A stretch of DNA of 64,000 nucleotides from a virus: the IMG/VR virus record IMGVR_UViG_3300045988_089718, positions 1 through 64,000 of that record; one strand, 5' to 3'. This document shows positions 26,561 through 35,960 of this stretch, one piece after another (position 1 is the stretch's first letter; each line of letters starts with the position of its first letter). Under the pieces are notes generated by a model, which did not search any database, was not told the DNA's origin, and saw only the letters and a list, made by a program, of their open reading frames with translations. A program made the translations under genes and the position numbers.

Positions 26561-26638
26561 AAAATAAATGCCCCCTTGGAATTAACATCAGTTAATTCTT
26601 AGATATTTAATTTTTATTATTTAAACATTTACAAATTT

Positions 26639-28192
26639 ATGGAACATTTAGTTCTTATTGGTGTTATCGCAGTTGCTATTATTGTACTACTTGTTATTAT
26701 TGCTATAATGTATGTTAAGGCTCCTCCTTCGATGGCATACATTCTTTCAGGTTTTCGTAAAGAACCACGAGTACTTATCGGTGGTGGTGGAGTAAAAATT
26801 CCTGTACTTGAACGATTGGATAAAGTATATCTTGGTCAAGTAACAGTTGATGTTAAAACTTCACAACCAGTTCCTACTCATGATTTCTTGGATGTAATGG
26901 TAGATGCCGTATGTAAAATTAGGGTAAAACCTGATACAGATGGTACTAGACTTGCAGCTAAGAACTTCTTGAATATGAATCCTGCTCAGATTGCTGCTCA
27001 GGTAAAAGATTCTTTGGAAGGTAATATGCGTGAAGTGGTAGGCTCTCTTGACTTAATTAAAATTAACACTGATAGAGATGCATTCTCTGATGAAATTCAG
27101 AAGAAGGCAGCTCCTGATATGGCTAAGTTAGGTCTTGAGATTTTGTCCTGCAATATCCAGAATATTACTGATGAGAAGGGATTGATCCGTGATTTGGGTG
27201 CTGATAATACAGCAGCTATTCAGAAGAATGCTAAGATTACTCGCGCTAATGCTGATAGAGATGTAGCTAAGGCTCAGGCTGAAGCTGACAATGAGGCTAA
27301 TGAAGCACGAGTAAAGGCTGATACCATTATTGCTGAACGTAATAATGAATTGGCTATTAAGAGAGCTGAACTGAAGAGATTGTCTGATATTAAGAAGGCT
27401 GAATCTGATGCTGCATATAAAATTCAGCAGCAGGAGCAGCAGAAGACTATTAATATCAAGACTGTAGATGCTGATATTGAGAAGACTCGTAAGGAGCAAA
27501 CCTTATCTGAGGAGAAGATTAAGATTAAGCAGAATGAGTATCTTGCAGATGTAAATGCTAAGGCTGATGCTGATAAGTATCAGACAGAGATTGATGCTCA
27601 GGCTGCTTTGGAGAAGCAGAAACGTGAAGCTGAAGCTGAAGCTTATAAGGCAGAGCAGGTAGCTAAAGCTGTAAAGGCTAAGGCTGAAGCTAGTCGTTAT
27701 TCTCAAGAGCAGGAGGCTGCAGGTATTCGTGCTAAAGGTGAAGCTGAAGCATATGCTACTCAGCAGACCTTGACTGCGGAAGCTGAGGGTACTAAGGCTA
27801 AACTTTTAGCAGAAGCTGAAGGTGTGAAGGCTAAGGGTCTTGCAGAAGCTGAAGCTATGCAGAAGAAGGCTGAAGCATACAGTAAGTATGGTTCTATTGC
27901 TGTAATTGACATGCTTTCTAAACTTAATGAGAAAGTTCTTCCTGATATGGCTAAGTATATTGCTGAGCCTATGAGTAAGATTGGCAGTATGACAGTTTAT
28001 GGAACTAATGGTTCTGAGGCTTCTGGTATTTCTGGTAATGTACCTGCTATTATCAAGCAGACTCGTGACATTGTAAAAGATGCCACAGGTGTAGATATGG
28101 CAGACATTATGAAGGCTAACACCATTGATGCTAAGGTTAACAAGAATGTTAACGTTAATGGCGATGTAGAAAACACCAACGTAAATGTGTAA
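26639..28192 (+). CDS. SPFH/flotillin-like membrane protein (517 aa)
   Basis: N-terminal TM helix, then YVKAPPSMAYILSGFRKEPRVLIGGGGVKIPVLERLDKVYLGQVTVDVKT...DAVCKIRV typical of FloT/YqiK band-7 domains, followed by a long Ala/Glu/Lys coiled-coil repeat region. Codon usage shifts to GC-richer codons (GCT GAA GCT repeats). Confidence 0.7.
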   Translation: MEHLVLIGVIAVAIIVLLVIIAIMYVKAPPSMAYILSGFRKEPRVLIGGGGVKIPVLERLDKVYLGQVTVDVKTSQPVPTHDFLDVMVDAVCKIRVKPDTDGTRLAAKNFLNMNPAQIAAQVKDSLEGNMREVVGSLDLIKINTDRDAFSDEIQKKAAPDMAKLGLEILSCNIQNITDEKGLIRDLGADNTAAIQKNAKITRANADRDVAKAQAEADNEANEARVKADTIIAERNNELAIKRAELKRLSDIKKAESDAAYKIQQQEQQKTINIKTVDADIEKTRKEQTLSEEKIKIKQNEYLADVNAKADADKYQTEIDAQAALEKQKREAEAEAYKAEQVAKAVKAKAEASRYSQEQEAAGIRAKGEAEAYATQQTLTAEAEGTKAKLLAEAEGVKAKGLAEAEAMQKKAEAYSKYGSIAVIDMLSKLNEKVLPDMAKYIAEPMSKIGSMTVYGTNGSEASGISGNVPAIIKQTRDIVKDATGVDMADIMKANTIDAKVNKNVNVNGDVENTNVNV

Positions 28193-28255
28193 ACATTAAG
28201 TATCACAGAGGGAGGGAATATTCTCTCCCTCTTTTTCTAACTTTTAAAAAAATTT

Positions 28256-29152
28256 ATGGAATACTTAGATTTTAGAAATCTTGTTACAGAAGCATGTAAT
28301 AAGATGATTAAAGAGAACAAACATCTCTTTATTCTTGACACCCAAAAAGAGTTTTTATGGATGGCTTATATGGAATCTTTTCCTGAAGGAGCCGTACGTC
28401 AGGAATTTAACTGTGTAAATTGTAAACATTTCATTACTCGCTATGGAGCATTAGTCTCTATAGATGAGAATTATAAAATACATTCTTACTGGGAGGATGT
28501 TCATGCTGAAGGAATGTTTGTTAAAGTTGTAGACAATATGTTACAAGTGCTCAAAAATACTAAAATTAGAAATGCATTTGTAACAGAAGAGACTACAATG
28601 GGTTGTAAATGTAATCAGCAGATACTACCTTCTAAAGAAATAATTACTTGGAACCATTTTTATGCTACTCCTACAAGTAATTTAATTATGGATAAGTCTC
28701 AAACTCCAACATTCCGTGCAGGTGCTAAATCTTCACATGATGTATGGTTAAGAACTTTATCTGAACTTAACTATAATTCTGTACAAACAGTATTAGACTT
28801 AATTGCAGATGATAATCTTTACAGAGGTGATACTTATTTACGTCAAGTAAGTGCCTTAAAGACTGCTTTTGATACGATAGAAAGCAAGCATTTGGAAGGT
28901 TTTGAGGTAGATAATTATGCTTGGGTATCTTCTTGTATACTTCCTGATGCTGTAACACATATACTTAATAGTGCTATAGGTCAGCTTCTTAAAGATATAA
29001 CTGATACTAATAACGTTGAAAGTTCAGTTAAGAAGTTTGAAGCTATGGTTGCTCCTTATAATTATAAGAGACCTAAGGGTATCATCACCAAAACTCAGGT
29101 AGAAAATGCTTATAAAACTGTAGTAGAACTTGGCTATGAAGATTCTTTATAG
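28256..29152 (+). CDS. hypothetical protein (298 aa)
   Basis: Long ORF. Confidence 0.6.
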   Translation: MEYLDFRNLVTEACNKMIKENKHLFILDTQKEFLWMAYMESFPEGAVRQEFNCVNCKHFITRYGALVSIDENYKIHSYWEDVHAEGMFVKVVDNMLQVLKNTKIRNAFVTEETTMGCKCNQQILPSKEIITWNHFYATPTSNLIMDKSQTPTFRAGAKSSHDVWLRTLSELNYNSVQTVLDLIADDNLYRGDTYLRQVSALKTAFDTIESKHLEGFEVDNYAWVSSCILPDAVTHILNSAIGQLLKDITDTNNVESSVKKFEAMVAPYNYKRPKGIITKTQVENAYKTVVELGYEDSL

Positions 29153-29224
29153 CGTCGTCATGCTAAAGTAGAAGATATATCTATTGAAGATGTTATCTTT
29201 GTAAATAGAGAAACTCGTAAGAGA

Positions 29225-30289
29225 ATGTCAGGAGGATTTGATTCTCTTATGAATGAAACTATTAATACTAGTAAAGTTGCTACAGATTTTGAGAAGACTG
29301 CTATCCCAACAACTATGGAAGAGTTCCTTAATAATATTGTTTCTAAGGCTAGTAAGCTTGAATTATTCTTTGACAATAAGTTAAATAATAATTTAGTAAC
29401 TCTTACTGCCCCAGTTAATAAGGAAGCTCCTTCTATGTTTAAGTGGACTAATGGTTTTGCTTGGGCATATAATGGTAATATCTCTGATGCTATTAAGCAG
29501 CGTGTCAAAGAAGTAGGAGGTAAAGTAGACGGCTATATGAGAATCTCTCTTCATTGGTATAATTACGATGATTTGGATTTACATATGGAAAGTCCTTATG
29601 GGCATATTTATTATAATAACAAGCGTAATTTGCTTGATGTGGATATGAATGTCTGTGGAGGTAATCCTTCCGCAGAACGTAGTAATCCTAAGAAATATTC
29701 TCGTAACGCTGTAGAAAATATTATTTTCTCAGGAATTCCTGTAGCAGGTACTTATAAAGTATTTGTTAACAACTATAGTAAAGTTGAGAATATTGATTTA
29801 GGATTTGAAGTAGAGGTAGAACTCAATGGAGTTATTCATACTTATACGTATGACAAAGATATCCCTTATAAAAGTAATGTTCCAGTATTAAACTTTACTT
29901 CTAATGGGCGTGAAGTTGTCTTTACTAAGGAATATTTAAATAGTACTACAGCCTCTAAAGAAATTTGGGGAGTAAAGACTCAAAACTTTGTTGAAATATC
30001 TGCTATATGCTTATCTCCAAATTACTGGGGAAATAATAAAGTAGGTGCTAAGCACTATTTCTTTATGCTGAAGGATTGTAAGAATCCAGATGCTGTTCGT
30101 GGATATTTTAATGAGTATCTTAAAGACGAACTCACTAAGAATCATAAAAGAGTATTTGAAGTATTAGCATCTAAAGCTTTAACTCCTTATAATGATAATC
30201 AGATGAGTGGTTTAGGATTTATAGCTACTTCTCGTAACCAAATTATGGTTAGAGTAGATTCAGGTAAAATTTATAAAGTAAACATTTAA
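29225..30289 (+). CDS. hypothetical protein (354 aa)
   Basis: Long ORF. Confidence 0.6.
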   Translation: MSGGFDSLMNETINTSKVATDFEKTAIPTTMEEFLNNIVSKASKLELFFDNKLNNNLVTLTAPVNKEAPSMFKWTNGFAWAYNGNISDAIKQRVKEVGGKVDGYMRISLHWYNYDDLDLHMESPYGHIYYNNKRNLLDVDMNVCGGNPSAERSNPKKYSRNAVENIIFSGIPVAGTYKVFVNNYSKVENIDLGFEVEVELNGVIHTYTYDKDIPYKSNVPVLNFTSNGREVVFTKEYLNSTTASKEIWGVKTQNFVEISAICLSPNYWGNNKVGAKHYFFMLKDCKNPDAVRGYFNEYLKDELTKNHKRVFEVLASKALTPYNDNQMSGLGFIATSRNQIMVRVDSGKIYKVNI

Positions 30290-30301
30290 TAATTAACAAC
30301 A

Positions 30302-30670
30302 ATGTACAAAGAAGCATTACAGAAGAAATTACGTTTTAAGACAAACAAGGGTATGATTACTACAGAAGATTTGTTCGACTTATCTCTGCAGAATCTTAAC
30401 ACTTTAGCTATTATGCTGGATAAAAAGGTCAGTGAGGCTCCTAAGAAGTCTTTCATTGAAGAGCTTCCAGCTGAAGAAAATGATGATGAACTTCGTTTCA
30501 GCATCGTAAAAGATGTAATCAATATTAAATTAAAGGCTCGTAAAGACAATATTGATAAAGCACAAGTTGATGCTCGTAACAAACGTATTGCTGAGCTTAT
30601 CGCAAAGAAGGAGGACGAGGCTCTTGAGAATAAATCTATCGAAGAGCTTCGTGCTATGATTAAGAATTAA
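30302..30670 (+). CDS. hypothetical coiled-coil protein (122 aa)
   Basis: ORF. Confidence 0.5.
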   Translation: MYKEALQKKLRFKTNKGMITTEDLFDLSLQNLNTLAIMLDKKVSEAPKKSFIEELPAEENDDELRFSIVKDVINIKLKARKDNIDKAQVDARNKRIAELIAKKEDEALENKSIEELRAMIKN

Positions 30671-30797
30671 AATTTTTAAGATTTTATTTTTAGAAAAAAA
30701 ATTCACAACTATAATAACCTCAGTAATAAGGAATACTTATTGAACGTTGTGAAACGTGAATTATAGTCGTGATAATTAAAAGGAAACTCAATCTTTT

Positions 30798-30829
30798 GAG
30801 GGGACTCTATTTAGAGTTCCCTCTTTTGG
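30798..30829 (+). terminator. Rho-independent terminator
   Basis: GAGGGGACTCT-ATTT-AGAGTTCCCTC followed by TTTTGG. Confidence 0.6.
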
Positions 30830-30835
30830 TTTATT

Positions 30836-31057
30836 ATGACTAGCAAATTTAAATTGTATGAAAGTATTGTCTTAGACAATATCAAATTTACAGTTACTAA
30901 TATTAGTGTACTCCCACAATGTGCTCAATATATAGATAATAAATTTGTCTATTTATTTGATTTTAATTATTCTTTAAGTTATGGGGATTACAAGATAGAA
31001 CTCACAGAAACAGAAATAAATAATTTAATTAAAAATAATAAAGTAAACAAAAATTAA
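30836..31057 (+). CDS. hypothetical protein (73 aa)
   Basis: ORF. Confidence 0.4.
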   Translation: MTSKFKLYESIVLDNIKFTVTNISVLPQCAQYIDNKFVYLFDFNYSLSYGDYKIELTETEINNLIKNNKVNKN

Positions 31058-31228
31058 CTTTTATAATTTTTATAATTAAATTATATTTATATCACAAACG
31101 GGTTAGGACTGTTATAGTTACGAATTTCATGATTAACCTGATTCCCAGATGTATATATCTATAAATATACTGACTTTTTTGAAGATTTCAACATGAAACT
31201 GGAAGGGTCGTACTTACCTTAGTACACA

Positions 31229-31262
31229 GAACCGAGAATTGGGAAGTTCTCGGTTCATTTTT
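31229..31262 (+). terminator. Rho-independent terminator
   Basis: GAACCGAGAA-TTGGGAAG-TTCTCGGTTC followed by ATTTTT. Confidence 0.65.
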
Positions 31263-31336
31263 AAATTTTATTAAAATTATATTTTGAATAGTAAAATTTA
31301 GATTTATAATAGTCAATACAATAAAGAAAATAAAAA

Positions 31337-31492
31337 ATGAAGAAATTACTTGTACTTAGTGTATTATTTACACTCTTGAGTTGTTCTACTGGTTCAAATA
31401 ATTCAGTAAATTCAACTTCAAATGATTCTATTAATGTTGATACCACAGTAGTTGATACTACTGAAATTGATTCAACTGTATGTCCTGATTAA
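31337..31492 (+). CDS. small lipoprotein (51 aa)
   Basis: MKKLLVLSVLFTLLSCSTGS: signal peptide plus lipobox. Followed by hairpin GTCCTGATT-AATCAGGAC. Below the ORF-track cutoff. Confidence 0.4.
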   Translation: MKKLLVLSVLFTLLSCSTGSNNSVNSTSNDSINVDTTVVDTTEIDSTVCPD

Positions 31493-31503
31493 TCAGGACT
31501 TTC

Positions 31504-31576
31504 GCCTCGGTAGTTCAGTGGTTAGAACGCGAAACTGTTAATTTCGATGTCGGGAGTTCGAATCTCTCCTAGACAA
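31504..31576 (+). tRNA. tRNA-Asn-like (anticodon GTT) with non-complementary acceptor stem
   Basis: D arm, anticodon arm (CGAAA-CTGTTAA-TTTCG) and T arm align closely to bacterial tRNA-Asn, but the 5' acceptor GCCTCGG does not pair with the 3' CTAGACA. Confidence 0.5.
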
Positions 31577-31598
31577 CTAATTAATAAAAATAAATAAT

Positions 31599-32075
31599 AT
31601 GAAAGAGACTTTTAATTATCAATCAGATGCAAACTTTTATGATAAAAAGGATTTTATTATAGCAGTCTTAAAAAGAAAAATAAATAGTTTTAAAGAGTAT
31701 GATGCTGAAAGAAAAAAGCATTATGCTGGACTAGAACAAAAAATTGGAGAATTAGAATCTTATATAGATGAATTAGAGAATGGACTTGGTATAGAATCTT
31801 TAAATAATAAAATTCAATCTTTAGAAAATAAAATTGAAAAACAAAAACTTAAAATTAAAGAATTGCAAGCTAAAGTTAATATATCTTTGTTTGATGATAC
31901 TAAGTCTTTTGAAGAATTAGAATCTATAGCAAATAATTTAAAGAACTTTAATAGTATAAGATTAGCTAATAAAGGTCTTAGAAAACAGCTTAAGGATAAT
32001 AAAAATACTATATCTGATTTAATCTATAAATTAACACAAGCTAAACTTAAAATAAAACAATTAACTGGAGAGTAA
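31599..32075 (+). CDS. hypothetical coiled-coil protein (158 aa)
   Basis: ORF. Confidence 0.5.
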   Translation: MKETFNYQSDANFYDKKDFIIAVLKRKINSFKEYDAERKKHYAGLEQKIGELESYIDELENGLGIESLNNKIQSLENKIEKQKLKIKELQAKVNISLFDDTKSFEELESIANNLKNFNSIRLANKGLRKQLKDNKNTISDLIYKLTQAKLKIKQLTGE

Positions 32076-32085
32076 TCTCCAATTT

Positions 32086-32160
32086 GGGCTCGTAGTTCAG
32101 TTGGCTAGAACGCTACTTCTGCAAGGTAGATGTCGTGGGTTCGAGTCCCACCGTGGTCCA
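32086..32160 (+). tRNA. tRNA-Ala-like (anticodon TGC) with imperfect acceptor stem
   Basis: D arm TAGTTCAGTTGGCTAGAAC; anticodon stem CTACT/GGTAG with loop TCTGCAA (C at position 33); T arm GTGGG-TTCGAGT-CCCAC. Acceptor GGGCTCG with 3' GTGGTCC gives G1-C, G2-C, G3-U and then mismatches. Confidence 0.5.
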
Positions 32161-32178
32161 CTATTAAATTAAATATTT

Positions 32179-32517
32179 ATGAAAATAATTATTGATACAG
32201 ACAATTTAGAAACATTAAAGTATAAAACTGAAGATGTTCCTATTTTAATAAAGACTTTCCAACAATTAATAAATAAATTAATGTATGAAGTAATAGGAAA
32301 TTATTATTCTGTAGACGATGTTCCTGAGGATGCTCCAAAATGGGTAAAAGAAGAACTACTTAATGTAGGAAAAACCTGTTACGTGGATGGATATATGAAT
32401 AAAGAATATGTTTTTAAAGGTATTCAAGAAACATTTGAGGATTATTATTATATATTAGAAAATAATAATAAACAAATTTCTTATTCTTCATGCGTTGGAA
32501 AGATATCTTATAAATAA
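32179..32517 (+). CDS. hypothetical protein (112 aa)
   Basis: ORF. Confidence 0.5.
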   Translation: MKIIIDTDNLETLKYKTEDVPILIKTFQQLINKLMYEVIGNYYSVDDVPEDAPKWVKEELLNVGKTCYVDGYMNKEYVFKGIQETFEDYYYILENNNKQISYSSCVGKISYK

Positions 32518-32519
32518 AT

Positions 32520-32597
32520 GCGAGATTAGTGTAGCTGAAGGCGCATATCTGGCTTCCAACCAGAAGGCTTGCGTGGGTTTGATTCCCACATCTCGCA
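32520..32597 (+). tRNA. tRNA-Gly (anticodon TCC)
   Basis: Acceptor GCGAGAT/ATCTCGC; anticodon stem TCTGG/CCAGA with loop CTTCCAA; T arm GTGGG-TTTGATT-CCCAC. Confidence 0.85.
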
Positions 32598-33028
32598 CTA
32601 TAACAAAGCTCTAGAATACTAGTCACAGGAGCAACGTAACTTATAGGGTGCCTCTCAACGATGCATACTCGCCTATTAGGTGTCGTAGAACCTACGAACT
32701 GGAATGGTTCGACGTTTTTTGCATTCCTACAGAATCCTAAATAATAAAAACAGAGACCATAAGATTGTCTCTGACAGGGGCGATTTACCTGGGATTCTTA
32801 ATTTTTTAAATTCTCCTCCTAGATACTTTATAAGTTAAACTTTAAATTTGATTTATTATGATGAAAATTTTAAAAAGAACTTTAAAAGCCATTAAGAAGG
32901 GTTGGACTTGGTATGCTAATCAGTATTGTAGATTATACATGCCTCCAATGATTTAATCTTATTATTTAATTTGTAAGTACCAAAGGGGTACTTACTGATG
33001 TTGAGTCGGGCAATAAGCTCGACTTTTT

Positions 33029-33430
33029 TTGTTTGTATACATTTTAAAAATTTTATATATTATGGGAATAATTAACACAATTGAAACAACATTAAATGGT
33101 ATTAATGGTGCTACTTGGATTAACAATGTTAAAATAGAAGGAGCACAAACCATTAGTATTAATAATGGTAAAATTTATGTAAATGGAAATTTAAGAGAAG
33201 ATCTTGAAAGTCCATCTATAGAAGTGAAAATAGAGGGTAATGTAGCTAGTGTACGTACTGATAGTGGGGATGTCTCAATTACAGGAGATGTTTCAACTAT
33301 TAATACAGCTAGTGGTGATGTATCCTGTAAAGACGTTAAAGGTGGAGTATTAACAATGAGTGGCGATGTTACTTGTGGTAATGTTGGTGGAAATGTTAGT
33401 ACTATGAGTGGTAATATATGCCATAACTAA
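33029..33430 (+). CDS. hypothetical repeat protein (133 aa)
   Basis: Internal repeats SGDVSITGDVS / SGDVSCKDV / SGDVTCGNV suggest a beta-strand repeat fold. Confidence 0.5.
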   Translation: MFVYILKILYIMGIINTIETTLNGINGATWINNVKIEGAQTISINNGKIYVNGNLREDLESPSIEVKIEGNVASVRTDSGDVSITGDVSTINTASGDVSCKDVKGGVLTMSGDVTCGNVGGNVSTMSGNICHN

Positions 33431-33444
33431 AAAGATTATTTATA

Positions 33445-33828
33445 ATGAGAAGATTTAAATTTATATTAATATTATTATGTTTTTTATGCACTAAAAGTAT
33501 TGCACAAACTGTAACTCATGTAACTCTTACTTGTTATCAGCCAGTAAAGAGTCAGTGTGATAATAAGCCATTAATTACAGCGGATGGTTCTAAAATTAAT
33601 TTACATCATTTAAAACATAATAAAATCAAATGGTGTGCTATATCTCGTGATTTACTTTATTTATTTCCAAAGAATAAGCCTAAAAAAGTGTTTATAGAAG
33701 GATTTGGAATATATGAAGTAAAAGATGTTATGAATAAAAGACATAAACATCGTATTGATATATTAATACATCCAAAAGATTCTAAACGAATTAGTATCAA
33801 GCATGTAAAAGTTAAAATTCTTAAATAA
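33445..33828 (+). CDS. secreted 3D-domain-like protein (possible peptidoglycan-binding or lytic, 127 aa)
   Basis: Signal peptide, then VTLTCYQPVKSQCDNKPLITADGSKIN resembling the 3D (MltA/YabE/RlpA-like) domain signature. Confidence 0.4.
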   Translation: MRRFKFILILLCFLCTKSIAQTVTHVTLTCYQPVKSQCDNKPLITADGSKINLHHLKHNKIKWCAISRDLLYLFPKNKPKKVFIEGFGIYEVKDVMNKRHKHRIDILIHPKDSKRISIKHVKVKILK

Positions 33829-34244
33829 TGTGTTTATATTTACGAGATAAAGTAGAACGTATAGCTACTTCTAATATATATGTGTGGAAAGCTTTAATAA
33901 GTTACGGCGGGTACGGTTATTATTCACCAATATTTAATTATAGATATGATATAGGAGAGACTTATAAATCATACTTAGATGGAAATAGTATATCTATATC
34001 TATAGGACTCCATTCTTTTGGATATAATATACGTATATTAAGTCCTTATGCTGGGAGATATGATTGTTATGGAAGTCCATATAATCGTTATAATATACAG
34101 GAACCTGTTAATACTATAGGTTTATTTATAATTCCTGAAGGCAGTCACTATTATACTGATGGATATTTCTATGCAAGTGATACTTTAAAATTATTAAGAA
34201 CTCTTCCAAAAGATAAATTTTTTAATTATATGATGAACAGATGA
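33828..34244 (+). CDS. MCW-family paralog 7, dispersed copy (starts MCLY; 138 aa)
   Basis: MCLYLRDKVERIATSNIYVWKAL ... LFIIPEGSHYYTDGYFYASDTLKLL: family termini about 21 kb from the tandem array. Confidence 0.55.
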   Translation: MCLYLRDKVERIATSNIYVWKALISYGGYGYYSPIFNYRYDIGETYKSYLDGNSISISIGLHSFGYNIRILSPYAGRYDCYGSPYNRYNIQEPVNTIGLFIIPEGSHYYTDGYFYASDTLKLLRTLPKDKFFNYMMNR

Positions 34245-34352
34245 CATTAAAAGAAATTGTGGAAGCCTTTGATGGCAAGAAGAAAGGGACTAATAAGTTT
34301 ATCTTATTAATCCCTATTTTTGTATTAGCATTACTAATATTTATTAATTTAA

Positions 34353-34553
34353 ATGGTTAAGTATAAAAAGTGTGGGGCATTACGAATTAGAATAGATGGT
34401 AATAAATGTATTGTAGTAAATCTTAAATTACCTTCTATTACTAGTCGCAGTACTTCATATTTAGATTTTTTAAGAGAAACTATTTTAGATAGTAATAAAC
34501 AAGAGTTTAATAATGCTGTAGAAACAATCTGTACTAGGATTAAATCTTTATAG
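34353..34553 (+). CDS. hypothetical protein (66 aa)
   Basis: ORF. Confidence 0.35.
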   Translation: MVKYKKCGALRIRIDGNKCIVVNLKLPSITSRSTSYLDFLRETILDSNKQEFNNAVETICTRIKSL

Positions 34554-34620
34554 TATTATATTATTCTACTTATAATAACGCAGATGATTATTAGTATAAA
34601 AATTATTAATATGATTAAAT

Positions 34621-34803
34621 GTGTTTATTGATTTAACATTAGACAATGACAGTATTAATAGAAGATATTTGATAGCCGTAGATGATATTTCCTTAATAGA
34701 AGAAGTTGGTGAAAGCTCTTACGTTATGTTAAAGAGTGGGGGCTGCTTATCTGTGAAGGAATCTATTGATTATATAAAATCTCTATTAGACAATGTCAAA
34801 TGA
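34621..34803 (+). CDS. hypothetical protein (60 aa)
   Basis: ORF. Confidence 0.35.
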   Translation: MFIDLTLDNDSINRRYLIAVDDISLIEEVGESSYVMLKSGGCLSVKESIDYIKSLLDNVK

Positions 34804-35017
34804 AAAAGTAAAAATTGATTTTGGATGTGGAACTTCGCTTATTCCGGGGTCTTTCCTGATTTTATTGATAGCTAAAGTTCTTTTACATTCAGATATTTCG
34901 TGGTTAATTGTTTTTAGCCCACTCTTAATAGGAATAGGACTCATAATCATACTCTGTATTATATGGCTAATTTTATATTGTATACCTGATGGAAGATCTA
35001 ACAGATATTATAAGTGA
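34793..35017 (+). CDS. small membrane protein (74 aa)
   Basis: Two hydrophobic helices. Confidence 0.4.
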   Translation: MSNEKVKIDFGCGTSLIPGSFLILLIAKVLLHSDISWLIVFSPLLIGIGLIIILCIIWLILYCIPDGRSNRYYK

Positions 35018-35053
35018 TCTAGATGATTATTGGAATGATCTAGAAGCAGACTA

Positions 35054-35236
35054 TTGGAATTCTTTAGAAAAAGAAGGATTATGAATATAGATATATTTGA
35101 GGTAAAAGCAGATGAAGCTTGGAAATCATTAATTGCAGAATCTCCATACCTACTAATGTCTAGTAGAGAGTTAGAAAAATGTAAAAACTTTTTTATCTTA
35201 GGATATTATACAGCAATTAGAGATTCTCACTTATGA
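35054..35236 (+). CDS. hypothetical protein (60 aa)
   Basis: ORF. Confidence 0.35.
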   Translation: MEFFRKRRIMNIDIFEVKADEAWKSLIAESPYLLMSSRELEKCKNFFILGYYTAIRDSHL

Positions 35237-35460
35237 ATTACCAAAAAGCTAGTCAAGTATCTCTATTAGTAGAATTAATTAAATCTTCTGAAATAGTGTC
35301 TAAAGAATACTCTGAAGCACATATACCAGAAGATTTAATTTCTAATATAAAGATACTATGTATGAAAGATAGTAGTTTTAGAAGAAGTTTCTATGGTATA
35401 ATGCAGAAACTTGGAAAGAAATATTCAGATATTTATATAAATAAATTATCAGGGTTATGA
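35233..35460 (+). CDS. hypothetical protein (75 aa)
   Basis: ORF. Confidence 0.4.
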   Translation: MNYQKASQVSLLVELIKSSEIVSKEYSEAHIPEDLISNIKILCMKDSSFRRSFYGIMQKLGKKYSDIYINKLSGL

Positions 35461-35960
35461 ACTTAGTTTGGTTAAAATTAACAAAGCGAATTTTAACTCA
35501 TAAGTATTATGTTGCTAAATATTGCTTTCAAATAGGATTATATTGGCAAGGTATTACTCATGATTTGTCTAAATTTAGTTTTACAGAATTCTCAAGAGCT
35601 ATTAAGTACTGGGATGATAAAATGAGCTCCTTAGCGAATGAGTGTCGAATATTAGGATATAGTCAAACATTCCTTCATCATAGAGGAAGAAATCCTCATC
35701 ACTATGAATATTGGATACATTCCTTAGATAATGGAGGGATTCCTGCTAAAATGCCTAGAAAATACGTTCTAGAACTTATATGTGATTATTTAGCAGCGGC
35801 TAAAACATATGGAGCTGACCCTAGAAGGGAATATACATGGTGGCTTAAACAACAGCCTCATATGAAAATCCACAAAAAAACTAAGAGTTATATAACTGAA
35901 GTGTTTTATAAATATAGTATAGGTTTAACATTAAAAGAATCAATTAATGGAAATTATTAA
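35457..35960 (+). CDS. hypothetical His-rich protein (167 aa) overlapping the NAMPT-family gene start
   Basis: ORF overlaps the next gene by 14 nt; motif HHRGRNPHHYEYW; function unknown. Confidence 0.5.
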   Translation: MNLVWLKLTKRILTHKYYVAKYCFQIGLYWQGITHDLSKFSFTEFSRAIKYWDDKMSSLANECRILGYSQTFLHHRGRNPHHYEYWIHSLDNGGIPAKMPRKYVLELICDYLAAAKTYGADPRREYTWWLKQQPHMKIHKKTKSYITEVFYKYSIGLTLKESINGNY

